Source: Paraspadella gotoi (Eukaryota > Animalia > Chaetognatha). Taken from it: DNA of 64,000 bases. Positions within the stretch are counted from its first letter, which is position 1. Every line of letters starts with the position of its first letter. This document shows positions 14,321 through 32,476 of this stretch, piece after piece. Where the stretch lies: assembly GCA_051294375.1 (NCBI GenBank), contig CM119271.1:17137799-17201798 (forward strand). Direction: 5' to 3'. The notes under the pieces were generated by a model. That model was not told the DNA's origin. It made no database searches and saw only the letters and a list, made by a program, of their open reading frames with translations. Position numbers and translations under genes: made by a program.

Positions 14321-15695
14321 GTCGACGTTTACTTTGTAATATGTGTTGGCAACATTACTGGCAATGGCACCAGGGTTGGCGTTTGCGTCGGCGTTTACGT
14401 CGGCAGAGTCGGCAGAGTCGGCAGAGCGATCAGCGACTTCCGAAGTTTCGTCGAAGTTTGCAAGATGTTGTCAAATCGAAGGCGATGCAATTGGCACCAA
14501 TGGCAGATGGTTGCGATGGTTGCAATGATCGCATCGATGGAACTGATGGCATCGTGAGTGAGTGACATTAGACGGAATTCTTAGAATAGAAATAAATATA
14601 AATATATAGAACATAGTATAATATGAATAAAATATATAAAATAAATGAATCAACGAAAAAGTAAGTAAATCAACCAATCAATCAATATTTAATAATAATT
14701 TTTCTTTCCAATATTTTTGGATAAAACTCTGCATCAAAGTATGTGACTATTTCTTTTGAATTCTAAATTAATTTTACCTCCAGACATTAATTAAAAGAGG
14801 CGAGAAAGAAAGATGAAAGTCGCCCCGAATTAAAACGAAAAACTCGGTACAGTCATCCCCGGTTACTTTTTTATTCCTTAAAAAAATTCCTTTTTTTCTG
14901 AAATGAATTTTAAAAAATGGGAAAAAAAAGAAATTTTCTTTCGTGTCATTTGATTCGGAACGCAAGACAGACTCTCTCTCTCTCTCNNNNNNNNNNNNNN
15001 NNNNNNNNNNNNNNNNNNNNNNNNNNNNNNNNNNNNNNNNNNNNNNNNNNNNNNNNNNNNNNNNNNNNNNNNNNNNNNNNNNNNNNNNNNNNNNNNNNNN
15101 NNNNNNNNNNNNNNNNNNNNNNNNNNNNNNNNNNNNNNNNNNNNNNNNNNNNNNNNNNNNNNNNNNNNNNNNNNNNNNNNNNNNNNNNNNNNNNNNNNNN
15201 NNNNNNNNNNNNNNNNNNNNNNNNNNNNNNNNNNNNNNNNNNNNNNNNNNNNNNNNNNNNNNNNNNNNNNNNNNNNNNNNNNNNNNNNNNNNNNNNNNNN
15301 NNNNNNNNNNNNNNNNNNNNNNNNNNNNNNNNNNNNNNNNNNNNNNNNNNNNNNNNNNNNNNNNNNNNNNNNNNNNNNNNNNNNNNNNNNNNNNNNNNNN
15401 NNNNNNNNNNNNNNNNNNNNNNNNNNNNNNNNNNNNNNNNNNNNNNNNNNNNNNNNNNNNNNNNNNNNNNNNNNNNNNNNNNNNNNNNNNNNNNGAGCGT
15501 CGAAGATGAGATGGAGAGATTTAGCGAGAGGACGATCCCGACGCGAATGAGAGGATGCGAGTGAGGGAGTAGATTCTCACCTTGGTCGCTTGCCCGTGAA
15601 GAGGAAGACAGAGAAAATTGAAAAAGTCGCAGATTTCTGTCTGTGAGAAAGAAAGAAAGAAAGAAAAGAAAGGAACAAGAAAATAAAGAAAGATC

Positions 15696-15731
<36 letters not shown>

Positions 15732-16277
15732 GCCTGCCTTGCCTTGGCTCGCCATTCATGCTCGGCTGGTTTTGGCCAACATCCAAATCATCTAGCGTTT
15801 TTAAACAATAAACCAACAGAAAAGAAGAAAAGAGAAAAAATTGAAGGAAAGAAAAATATTTTCAAAGAAAGTTTTTGATTGGTGGAAATAACGTTCCATG
15901 ATTGGATGGATGAATAAGAAAGGTTGTGATTGGATGAGACAATAGAAAAAGAAGCCATCTGATTGGAGGAGAGCAGATTTAAACACGACATATTGTAATT
16001 GAGAATAGTAGAAACAAAAAATCATTTAATTAAAGAAAAAAAAAGGAAATTAGAAAACCACTTACAAAACAAAAACTTTTAGTTGATTACTGAACAGAAA
16101 AGCACCAGAACAGCTGCATGTTAAAGAACAAAAAATATTCTAAAAAAGAACAAAAAGCAAAGAAAAAGCAAAATAATGGGCTTGCAAAAAAACAGCTGCC
16201 AATGATTGCGTCTCTCCTCAGAATGGACGACTTCTGATGCAGTCGAGTTTATTCCTTGTAGCAAAAGAGACTTATCA

Positions 16278-16690
16278 GCTTATCAGCAGATTCCGGCTCT
16301 TTAATTCATTTTGTCGGTCCGTCGGTCCCACGGTCCCACTCCAAAATCTTGTCGGTAAATCGTTTTTATCATATCCGTCCGTCTGTCTGTCTGTCTGAAG
16401 GTCCGTCCCACCTTATCAATATTCTCTAATTACTCGTGATTGGATGGATGGATTTGAATGAAAGTTTTTTTACTTATAATTATTATATTTATTCAAAATT
16501 GGATTGATGGATTGAAATGAAATTTTGTGTGTGGGTAAGAAAGTGTGTGATTAAGGTGGATATAAATGTTATGATTTATAATGTTATGATCTAGTTATGA
16601 TTAGTTATGTTTCTCTCTCTCTCAATTTGCCTTTTTACCGCTAAACTATCGTAGGCAGATCCGACTTTGTTTTCTGCTCTTTTTGTTTTT
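16278..16690 (+). mobile_element. Short copy of the HINE/DINE-1-like element
   Basis: Shares with 32477-35906 the degenerate 5' hairpin, ttgtcggtccgtcggtcc, (GTCY)n, taattactcgtgattggatggatgg, one satellite unit and the 3' subTIR taggcagatccgac (16655-16665). A lone 3' end also occurs at ~18085-18105. Confidence 0.7.
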
Positions 16691-17079
16691 CTATTTTTTA
16701 TTCCCATCTGCGTCGTGATTCGTTATATTAAAACCGAGGAAAAATTAAAACCGCGAATGAAGTAGCTTAATAATGTCCAGGGAAAGGACCAATTGCGATA
16801 GATTGAAAATGTTTGATTGATTTAATAGATTGATTGATTGTTCTATTTATTTATTTTTTTTTTAAATTTATTTATTTATTTATTTACAAATTGGTGAATT
16901 GAAATATCTTTCCGGTTTTTGTTTTTCTCGTTAGTTTCCTCAAGATATCGCTCACTACGAAAACAAACAAGAGAAAACAAATGAACACTCGGGTGCGGGG
17001 ATAAGAAAAAACCGATTAGGGGATAATGAAAATAAATAATTGAGATTTTGATGGATTTTTGAAAGTTCTACCGACGAAC

Positions 17080-17215
17080 CAGGCCGACCAGCAGACCCGC
17101 AAAGCCGTCCACCACGTCCACCAGGCCGACATATAGACTCGACAGGCCGACATAAAGACCCGACAGGCCGACATAAAGACCCGACAGGCCGACATAAAGA
17201 CCCGACAGACCGACG
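17080..17215. repeat. 21-bp minisatellite (CGACAGGCCGACATAAAGACC)n
   Basis: Direct reading. Confidence 0.9.
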
Positions 17216-17292
17216 CTCTGACCCACATTTGTCGTCAAACGAATCCACATGCGCAAATCTTCAAATACACGACCGAGTATGACCATTATTTC

Positions 17293-17381
<89 letters not shown>

Positions 17382-17481
17382 ACTTGGCTTTTGCAGCGAA
17401 AATGAGCGCCCGGGTCGGCATAATAGAAACCAATAGAGGGAAGAAGACCGCAGGGTCATAGGTCACTCAAGGCTTTTCCTA

Positions 17482-17530
<49 letters not shown>

Positions 17531-18334
17531 GACATAAACAGAATTTCAGACAAACCCAACTGTTGTCGACGAGACGGCGCCCAAAGAACAACCGCAACAA
17601 TACCGACTGGCGTTGTTGTCGTTGTTGTTGTTGTCGTCTTCGTCCCTTACTTCGAAAGATTTCTTTCCTTTTTTTATTCCTTACTTTCCTTCTTTTTTCA
17701 GATTGTTGTTTTTAAAATTAGTTTACAAAGTACAATAGTATTTTAATTAAGCGAACATGCTTTGGTTTTGGTTTCAAACTTTCTTCAGCTCATTAGACCT
17801 ATCAAAATCAAACACTAATTTAAATGTAAAAACAAGATGTATTAATTAATCAAATAATTATTTAGCTAATTAATAAATTTGTAAATTAATTAATCAATTA
17901 ATTATTCAATCAATCAATTTATTTACCTATTATTTAATTATTCAATCAATCAATCAATCAATTATCGGCATTATTGTCGTTATCGCCATCATCGTCGTCA
18001 TTGCTTTTGTCGTGGTCAGTGACGAAAAGAACTAAAAACAAACATGATTTAAATTAAATTATTAAATAAATTACCGCAAATGATCGTGGGCAGATCCGAC
18101 ATTGCTCAAACTTTTTATTTTTTTATTTTTTAATTTATATTTATTTTGCCTCTTTCTTCATTCTTTTTATTTTCCTTATTATCAATACAAGTTAAAAGTT
18201 TTAATATAAATAAGAATCTTACGGTCCCTATTATAATTTAAATCAATCAAGAAAGATGATATTTTTGCAAATATGGTCGGCCAATTTGTATGTTTGAAAA
18301 TTAATCCATAACAGTCTGCCATTCAATCTAATCA

Positions 18335-18380
<46 letters not shown>

Positions 18381-19427
18381 CCTCTCGGCACATTTTCCTG
18401 TTTACAGTTCTGATTTTTGCGAATCGATTTCATTGTTTGTCGGGAGATTGTTGTCGTCGTCGTCGTTGTCGTTGTCGTCGTTGTCGTCGTTTTCATCGTC
18501 GTTTTCGTCGTCGTCGTTTCCTTTGTTGTCCGCAAATTTCGTTTGTTGATAACTGATGGAAATTGCGCGGTTGATCCTTTATTTTTTTACTTTTTTTCTT
18601 TTTTTTCTTTTACCTTTTTTTCCTATCTAATATTTTTCCCATAAACTTTTATCTTTTCCTGGCTTCTTCCTATCTTCCCCGCTTTCTTTTCCCTTCAATC
18701 GTCCCGATGAAAGAATTTATTCTTGCTCAATACTTTCTTTAGCATTCCACCAAACATTGTAGTAAAGTAAAGGTGAAATTATTCATTCTGATTGTGACAA
18801 ATCAGGCAATCACTCTTTCTCTTTCTCTCTCTTGTTGTTTCCTTTTTCCTCTTTTCCTTCCTCCTTTTCTTTTTTTCTTCCACCTCCTTCTCCTCCTTCC
18901 CCTCCCCTCNNNNNNNNNNNNNNNNNNNNNNNNNNNNNNNNNNNNNNNNNNNNNNNNNNNNNNNNNNNNNNNNNNNNNNNNNNNNNNNNNNNNNNNNNNN
19001 NNNNNNNNNNNNNNNNNNNNNNNNNNNNNNNNNNNNNNNNNNNNNNNNNNNNNNNNNNNNNNNNNNNNNNNNNNNNNNNNNNNNNNNNNNNNNNNNNNNN
19101 NNNNNNNNNNNNNNNNNNNNNNNNNNNNNNNNNNNNNNNNNNNNNNNNNNNNNNNNNNNNNNNNNNNNNNNNNNNNNNNNNNNNNNNNNNNNNNNNNNNN
19201 NNNNNNNNNNNNNNNNNNNNNNNNNNNNNNNNNNNNNNNNNNNNNNNNNNNNNNNNNNNNNNNNNNNNNNNNNNNNNNNNNNNNNNNNNNNNNNNNNNNN
19301 NNNNNNNNNNNNNNNNNNNNNNNNNNNNNNNNNNNNNNNNNNNNNNNNNNNNNNNNNNNNNNNNNNNNNNNNNNNNNNNNNNNNNNNNNNNNNNNNNNNN
19401 NNNNNNNNNNNNNNNNNNNNNNNNNNA

Positions 19428-24450
<5,023 letters not shown>

Positions 24451-24730
24451 GCGCACGATGCACGTAATTGCATGCACCGTGCACGCGATGACCGTTTGGG
24501 ATCGCGCTCCCAGGACACGATAACTTGTAAACCCGGGAAAGTAATAAATACATTTAATATTAGTTAATGTATTTCATATATCGGCAGGTCATTGGTCAAA
24601 CTTTGTTAATTACTTCTTTGCGGAGTAAAATACGATTTATTAAAAAACGAAAAGTTTTATTGTTGTCAAATTAAGATAATTCAGTTCGTACAAACATGTT
24701 ACGTCACTTAATTGATAAGAAAGCCACGCA

Positions 24731-24835
24731 ATCTGGGGGTGAATACTAAACTGATTAAAAATATTGCAGGGTCCTGATATGTTATTATCTTGTAAGAGTG
24801 ATGAAGGCCTTAAACCGCCATAGACTGTCTAGAGA
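24731..24835 (+). repeat. Short dispersed (SINE-like) repeat, copy 3
   Basis: atctgggggtgaatac...ttgcagggtcctgatatgttattatcttgtaagagtgatgaaggccttaaaccgccatagactgtc. Confidence 0.6.
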
Positions 24836-25827
24836 CATGAGCAAGATAGCTTATTTGTTCATATTCATTTCACATACCGTAGGTATGTATGTATAAAATG
24901 TCAAAAACTTTTGATTTGTTTTTTTTTCTCCGTTTCTTGTTCTTTTGTTCTTTTCCTTTTTCTTTCCTTCTACGCTGCTCTTTTGTTTGAACTTGTCTTT
25001 GACTTGGCTCGATGGTTTTCGTCGTCGTCGTCGTCGTCGTCGTCGTTCGAGATTGAAAGGTTCTAAGGGGTCGTAGGTCTCGTCTGGTTTCGCTTTGGGT
25101 TCCTCAAGGTCTCGAGGTCGAGAAAGGCTTTTCGTTCTGAGATCCCAAGGTCTTTAGGTCTCAATTGATATCCAGTCCTCGGGAGGGAGACCTGAGACCT
25201 GAGACCAAGTCATGGAACCGATATTGAGAGACGATTAATTCCTGCAGATCGATCCCCAGTGGTACCCACCCAGTACACACTGGGCAGTACCCACCCACCC
25301 AGCCGTAAGCCTTAGGGCCTTCGAAAACCCCCAAGCCTGGTTTCAAGCCCAGGACCCATTCCATGGCTGATAGAGGAGGTTAAAGAAGTTGCGGATAGCA
25401 CTCTTCAGCCCACTCAGCACCTTATCCATATTTCGTAGCCTGGAGTCTTGATATCAGAAAGATCAGTCCATCCTGGTCTTTAATGTCGTTCATCCGAAAG
25501 TCTCTATTTCTGAGAAATCAAGGTCTCCACGTTGCGAGACTTATCTCCCCAAGGTTTTTCGGTGTCAAAGTCCGGAAAACAAAATCAAAGAGTCTGAGAC
25601 TTTTTTAAAACCGTTTCGAAGGTTTTTTTCCAAAGACCGAATCCGTAGCAAAGACGAACGCTAAAAATTTTATTGTAAAGACCTAAGTTTTTGCAAAGGC
25701 CGGATCATTGCAAAGAACTATTGTAAAGACCGAATAAAAAGCAAAAATTACAAAGACCAATCTATAGCAAAGACCCAGTCTATTACAAGTACCTATTGAG
25801 AAGAATTAGTAGATTGCAAGACCTAGA

Positions 25828-25985
25828 TGTCAAAGACCCAGTACATGTCAAAGACCCAGTACATGTCAAAGACCCAGTAAATGTCAAAGACCCAGTACAT
25901 GTCAAAGACCCAGTACATGTCAAAGACCCAGTACATGTCAAAGACACAGTACATGTCAAAGACCCAGTACATGTCAAAGACCCGG
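25828..25985. repeat. 18-bp minisatellite (TGTCAAAGACCCAGTACA)n, about 9 copies
   Basis: Near-perfect tandem units, preceded by degenerate CAAAGACC units from ~25630. Confidence 0.95.
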
Positions 25986-27955
25986 TGCAATGTGTCCATC
26001 GACCCGGACTGTTTCTCCCTCGAAAAAAAAAGGACTGACTGCGTTGACAAATGTCGACCTCAGGGACGAAGGTCAAGGCTGAAGAATTAGGGAGAATTTT
26101 TAGGTGGTTTTTTTTCGAGAGAGTTGGGTGGTTGGGAGATTGGAGGTGGTAGGGTGGTTGGGGGAGGAGATGGGAGGTGGTAGAGTGGTTGGGGGAGGAG
26201 ATGGGAGGTGGTAGAGTGGTTGGGACATCGGAGGTGGTGAATAGGTAGATAAAAGGAGTTTGGATCAGTGCAAGTATTGTAATTTCTTCACTGTTTTTTG
26301 TTTTTTAACCCATGTTGTCGAATTTTAACGTGCATGGGATACGCGACTATGTATCTTGATGGGAAGAAAACAAGAAGATAACAACGACAAGGAACAACGA
26401 TCACAAAGACTGACTGACCACCGAAAATAAAAGAGTTAATAACGAAAACCAAAATTCTCATTTACTGATTCGAATGAAAAAAGTTGCGACTCTAAAAACG
26501 AAAAAGGAGAGAAAATTTTGCAGGAGTTGATGACGACGACGACGACGACGACGACGACGAAGTAATAGCCTTTTGTTTCACGAGTTTCCCCTGCAATCTC
26601 CCTCTCTCTTTCTCTCCCTCTCTCTCTCTTTCTCTCTCCCTCTCTCTCTCTCCCCCTCTCTCTCTCCACCCTCTCCTCTTGGGGGGAGTTTCGCCGATTT
26701 CCCCGCTATAAACGACGCTGATTGGAAATCTGATAAACAAGAGGAAAAAAAGGGAAACAAAGAGGAAATCGGGCGTGGGGTGTGGAAAGATGGGATGGGG
26801 TGTGGAAGGGTGAAGTTCTTTAATCTCATTTACATATTGTAGTAGTTTAGATCATTAGACTAGATTATTAGAATAATACAGCATTTATTATAATGTATTA
26901 TATATATTTTGATATAAAATATAGCAATCATAGCATAAATCTCTCTCTTTCAGTTCAGCTTAATAGACAATAAATTAGAGAAATTAACAATCATAATTAG
27001 AAACCGGCAATAGGAGTTTCTACTCCGTGTCCTTTCCTTTTTTTAATTGGACGAATAGTATAAAGAAAACTTCAGATTTATAATTAAAAAAAATAAATAT
27101 AAAATCATTACTCATAAATTACTCAACATTACGATAATTCAGATACGCCATTGATTAGACCATTAATAGGGATTTCTTATGATATAAATTTAATCAAGAA
27201 CACGCCTAAAATGGTCTTTTTTGCCAATTTCACTGTTTTAGATAAAAAATTAAACAGAGAATAGTAAATTAATTAAATACGAAATAAAACTTATACATAA
27301 AGAACGTCAAGTAGTTCTCCAACTAATGATATACTTATGAATTATGTTTATTAAATATTTAAAGTATAGTAAACATTTTTTTGGTGTCACTCGCGAACGG
27401 AAAGGGGGTATATTTATGTATGTATTTAATGACCCGAATAAAAAAGATATTAAGAAAAAAGTTCAAAAATTGATATAAGATGGGCAAATAATTTAAATTT
27501 CTATAAATGAGATTCTGTTAAATCCGAAGATGTGACTAAAATCATAGATACAGGGTGCGTCCAATATCTAAAATCCCTCCCATTTCAATCTATCAGGTGT
27601 GGACAGTTTCGAACGGGGACTTAAAATCCCCAGCCGGGATAAAAAAAAGTCCCCGATGGGGAAAAAAAGAAGGGCTCACGGTTCAGAGAACCAGTGGGGA
27701 ATACCGAGATTGTCCCTTGGGGACAATGAGCGGTTTATGGCTGGATGGATTGAAAAGATTAATAAGATGAGGGGATAGAGAGAGGGTGAAAAAAAAGAGT
27801 GAAAAAGAGAAAAAGAGTCGCAGAGAGAGAGAGAGAAGAGAGTTAAAGGTTGGAAGAAAGAGTGAAAAAATAGATAGAAAAGACAGAAAGAGAAGTGGAG
27901 AGGAAAAAATGGGAAGATTTAGAGAAAAGAAGAGAGAAAGAGAGAGTGAGTGAAA

Positions 27956-28019
<64 letters not shown>

Positions 28020-28112
28020 TCGGGCCAGTTGGTCGGGATTAAGGCGGATTTAACGAGGCACAGGTCACAATGCGATCACGACGAGTCTTGAGGGACAGAG
28101 AGAGAGGAGAAG

Positions 28113-28155
<43 letters not shown>

Positions 28156-28753
28156 CGAAAGAGGACGAGACGAGACGAGAAGAAGAAAGAGAGAGAAAAG
28201 GGAATTCGAAGATAAGCGAAAGGAGAAGAGAGAGAAAGAAAAGAAAAGAAAAGAAAAGAAAAGAAAAGAANNNNNNNNNNNNNNNNNNNNNNNNNNNNNN
28301 NNNNNNNNNNNNNNNNNNNNNNNNNNNNNNNNNNNNNNNNNNNNNNNNNNNNNNNNNNNNNNNNNNNNNNGCCTCGATGGTGCTTCGAAAGGTTGTAGTG
28401 GAGCCTGGGTTAAAGGGTGAACTTAGGCAAAGTTTTTTTCTTAAATAGGTAATAGGCAATTTTTCCGTTTACCTAGTAGTTAACTGAATAAAAGTAGGCA
28501 ATTTTGAAACTTTAGAAAATAACTTAAATACATAAATATAACTGACTAACCAATGATCAAATTTGTTAATTTGAAGAAAAAAACTGTTTTAATAAAAATT
28601 CAAAGGACATAAGGACAAAATGAATGCATTTGTATTTCAAAAACAGTAAATCACTAATATAAAATAAAAGGAAACGATCTCCAGTATTTATTATTTAAAG
28701 TCTATAAACCTTTAAAACATAAAACATTAAGTACTTTTGTTTACTATAAGGAA

Positions 28754-29323
28754 TTAATCATTCATGTTTTTAAAATACTTTCGAAGAAAACAGAGATTGT
28801 CAATCGACTGATCACTGAGAGATGAACGGATCTTTGTAAGAAAAAGGCCAGCAGCTGAAAATGCGCGCTCCGCTTCAACGGAGGTTGGAGGCAAGGTTTG
28901 GAGTGCATGATAAAGTTTTTCTAGACACGTTGGACGTTCCCCAGTATTTTCATAAATTGCCATCTCTCGTTTTATTTGAGTTAAAACTTCCGTTGGTGAA
29001 GACAACATAGAAGGAGGAGAAATTTCGTTGGTTTTGGTTAAAAAATTTAGCAATTCCTCCTGCTTGGACATCTTTTCAGTTGGTTCATCTTGATTACTTT
29101 TTTCGACATAAGCAGAACCAGGGGTCCAGTATAGACGAACAAATAAATCCCTTGCTTTCTTAGCAATTTCAATACTAGAGGGATAGTCAAGATGAGAGCT
29201 GTGTGGCTTTGGTACAGTCAAATAACGAAGCAAGCCAGCAGTAGATACATTTCTTCTTTCAATAAGACGCTTTGTCAGAATTTGCTCTGCCATTGGACCA
29301 ATACCCAAGGGGACTTCCCCCAC
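28754..29323 (-). pseudogene. hAT transposase C-terminal fragment (dimerisation domain)
   Basis: ...LEKLYHALQTLPPTSVEAERAFSAAGLFLTKIRSSLSDQSIDNLCFLR matches the hAT C-terminal 'P.TS..ER.FS..G' motif (PF05699-like). The N-terminal part is absent. Confidence 0.88.
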
Positions 29324-29400
29324 CTTTTTAACATAAATTCGTTGCGTTTTGAATTTAGGAGAAAAACAAATTTGTTTTTAACAACGAATTTTATTATTGG

Positions 29401-29444
29401 TAATACATGTTTCGACTCTTGAGTTTTAGAGTCTTCATCAGTTA
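29401..29444 (-). ncRNA. Minimal type I hammerhead ribozyme (Penelope-like element type)
   Basis: Minus strand: TAA-CTGATGA-A-GACTCT-aaaactca-AGAGTC-GAAA-CATG-TA^TTA. It has an intact core, a 6-bp stem II, a palindromic ACATGT stem III, a GUA cleavage triplet and a short stem I. AATAAA lies just downstream. Confidence 0.8.
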
Positions 29445-29785
29445 TGACAATCAATATTTTTTACTCTTTAACATTAGGTTAATGTATTTTTTTTTTGCAA
29501 ATACAAAACATCAAAAAAAGAGAATTTTATAACAGAAAGAGAGTAGAAAACGCGAGAGAACCCCTGCCCGGGCCTGTAATGATGTCAGCGACAAAGCAGA
29601 CAGTAAGGCCGATTTGGAAAATGAATCAAAAAACATTGTCTCGTCTGGAAATGAAAATATTAAGAGAAATAGAAAGATGCTAAAATTGCCTATATTAATT
29701 AAGAAAAATCTTTTCTTTACCTAGGTAATTTCAATAAGGCTTTGCTCAGTTAATCAGGCAAAATATTACCTAAGTTCACCCCTTA

Positions 29786-31060
29786 GTCTTCGGTAGCCAG
29801 GCCGGACCTGTGTCCTGGGGCGTAGTTGGCCACGTCCGGAAGTCGCGGCACACACGCTGGCGTATGTGCGTGGAGGCACATCCTCTGCGGTGGATGCATC
29901 ATCCGCCAAGTCGGGCGCATACTCATCGCGCTCCGAGTCAAATTGGTCGTCCTCGAAGATGCCCCATCAATTGGAGGTGTCGACATGACTGACGACTTTT
30001 CCAATGGGTTTTGAGGTGATCTGAAGATCACCTTTGGCAGAGTAGAATGCGTCCGCCTTCTTGGCGATAGCTTCCGGCGTCTCGTCCCCATCGCTGACTA
30101 CCCTTCCGGCCACGTGGGTTGGGAGGAGCTCAGACAGGATCGCGTTGAGGAGATGGTCGATCGTCAGGGATTCGACCTCAGCGCGCAGTGCGGCCACAAA
30201 CTGTGAATGAGTGCGTCCTGCAAGGGAGTGAAGACCTAGGAGCTTCTGTGCCTTCTACCGGGGCTTCTCGGCGAACAGCTCAGACAGGTGCTTTTTCAGG
30301 GCCTGATACCCGCCTGAGACAGGGTGGTCATTGGTGTAAAACCCCTGACCAACACCTGATGCTCCTGTGAGACCGCGCCAAGAAGGTGCATCTTTTTGTG
30401 CTGCTCATCCACAACTGCAGCGAGGCGGAAACTCCCCTCGACTGCAGCAAGCCAGGCTCGGATGTTGCCAACATCAAAAGGCGGCAACTTAGGCGTCTTG
30501 GAACGGTTGGTGCCTGACGTCTGATAATCCATGGGTGCGGTGGAGGAGGCTCCTACCGCATCGGCGTCGTCCGGGTGTGGCTGCCCTGCGAACTGGCACA
30601 ATCTTTGGTTGAGGTCGCCTGTGGACCTGTGCGGCATCGCCGGTGGTGCCTACTGAGCTGCTAGCAGGCCCTGAACCTGTGATGTGAGGTATTCTATTGA
30701 TGTCTTTACGCTCGCATTGAAACTATCCTGTTTTGCCTCCAATCCCAGGATCCTGTTGTCGAAGGTGGTGATAAGCCCATTTGATGATCCTGGTACGGTC
30801 CTAAGGGAGCCGACATTGGATCGGGGGGGCGTGTAAACGCTCTTTACCCTGGTTTGATCGCCACGCGGCGTCTTGAAGGCGTCATGTTGGTCCGGCGATG
30901 GTGGAGGTGATGAGGTCGGTGTGGCGTCTTTGACGGTGATGGTGGGTGGCGTGACGACATCCTCTGTGGGGCGTCGTTTGAGATTCTCGGCTGATGGCGA
31001 GGTAGAGGCACAGCGCGTTCCACGTCCTTGGGGAGCTTCGAGATCCAAGATGTGTTCCAT
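29786..31060 (-). pseudogene. gag: Decayed Ty3/Gypsy LTR-retrotransposon gag
   Basis: ORFs 30650..31060 and 30296..30637 are in frame across one stop. KLPPFDVGNIRAWLAAVEGSFRLAAVVDEQHKKMHLL resembles the Gypsy gag 'KLPPFW...WF...E..F' motif. After a frameshift it continues ...YQALKKHL...QKLLGLHSLAGRTHSQF...LLNAILSELLPTHV...EAIAKKADAFY. No pol or LTR was seen. Confidence 0.75.
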
Positions 31061-32476
31061 GATGATATGCAGGAAGTGCTGGCTGTAAAATATTTACTGT
31101 AAAATGTCTAAATCTGCGCCGAACAGAAAAGTCAAAAAATTTTCAATCTTTTAAATCAAGGGAAAATCAGAAAGAAAATTTTTCGCGGAATTGTTCTATA
31201 GCAATAGAGCTAGCAAAATTTCTGATAAAACTTGCTTAAACGAGAAAGTAGAAAAGAAGTGAGTCTAGCGAAGAAAGAGGAGAGAGGAAGGGTGTAGAGA
31301 GAGAGACCGGTGGTAAGTCGCCTAAGGTTGTTATTAAAATGGAGCAAACATTGTAGAGATATAAAAACTCAATTATTCAAATTTATAAAAGCATATTTAC
31401 CATTTTACATAATATGAAAATAAAGACCCATATAAATATTTCGGTAAGTCTATTTACAAATTTTATATTTGATTAACTATTTGTTAGCTATATTTATTAA
31501 TAAATACTAATAAAAATAGGCTAAAGTGAAAAAATAAAAATTATAAAATATATAAGAGTTGATTATTTAATATGATCTTAAATGAGATAGAATTTTTCAA
31601 TATCATTTATATTTTGCAGTTTTAAATCTCAATGTGTCTTTTTGGATTTTAATATTAGTTCTGTTTTACGGTTTTCCAGTAGCTAAATATAGTCTTTAGT
31701 CATTATTCAGCTTTGGTTTGGGGATGTACTTTTTTGTTAGTTTATTTATCCTTATCATAATATTGGTGATTAACATTGTTGTGTGAGAAAAATGTATATT
31801 ATTTTTATTTGAGCAATATATTTCAGTTAACATCGCTTAACCATAGTTCATTTGCGTTTATTAGAGCTCAATCATCCTGTAAGAGATATTTAATGATTTT
31901 ATCTGAGTTTAACTCTGTCCGTTCGAATCGAAAAAACGAACCTATATTTAGAGTCAAAATCCTCAATCCTCAATTCTAGTTTCTTATTGGTCAAAAGTAA
32001 TATTTAAGAGATTTAAACTTATTGAAACTAAGGTTATTCTTGATTATATGATGCAACCAGGGGGTAATATTTTTGTTGAATATTTGAAATTATTTGTGAA
32101 ATTAATAATTAAATTCTCTTTAGATTTAAGCGATTGTCCTTGCTTATTCACATTTGTCCTTGCTTATTCACGGCAGTGATTTCTATTCGGGTATTTTCAA
32201 CAATGAAATTGAAACTTATATAACTATTATTTCTTTTTTCCCACTGATTAATATCACACACGCTTTATTTAAAAAAACGGTTGGCTATAGTTATCTTCTC
32301 CTTATAACATAGAACTCACTGGGAGAATTTCTATGCTTTCAAAATACGGTAAGACATAATTTTATTTACGGTAATCATTCTATTTATGGTATCTGCCCTT
32401 ATTAAGATGAAACTAAAAGGATTTTTTATGGTAAGGTCAACTTTTAAAGATTAAATTTCTCGTCAAATCTATCGCG

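Larger units (their letters stand above)
28411..29785 (-). mobile_element. Internally deleted hAT-type DNA transposon
   Basis: 17-bp TIRs with 1 mismatch: TAAAGGGTGAACTTAGG (28411-28427) and CCTAAGTTCACCCCTTA (29769-29785). Subterminal TAGGCAAT/ATTGCCTA repeats are present, and the element contains a transposase C-terminus. No 8-bp TSD is visible. Confidence 0.85.

Noticed and set aside
24795-24835. gTGATGA-A-GGC...GCC-atagactgtc resembling a hammerhead
   Set aside because: It lacks C3 and the GAAA core, and the pairing is not kept in the two sister copies.
25828-25985. Regular repeats as a possible CRISPR array (also 17080-17215 and 19612-19890)
   Set aside because: Head-to-tail tandem units without unique spacers, no cas genes, and a eukaryotic context.
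27548-27730. TACAGGGTG... Tc1/mariner-like terminus (also CACCCTGTA near 8790)
   Set aside because: No matching partner TIR in proper orientation and no transposase.
31061-31700. LTR and primer-binding site upstream of gag
   Set aside because: No clear TG...CA LTR pair or TGG-initiated PBS could be identified.
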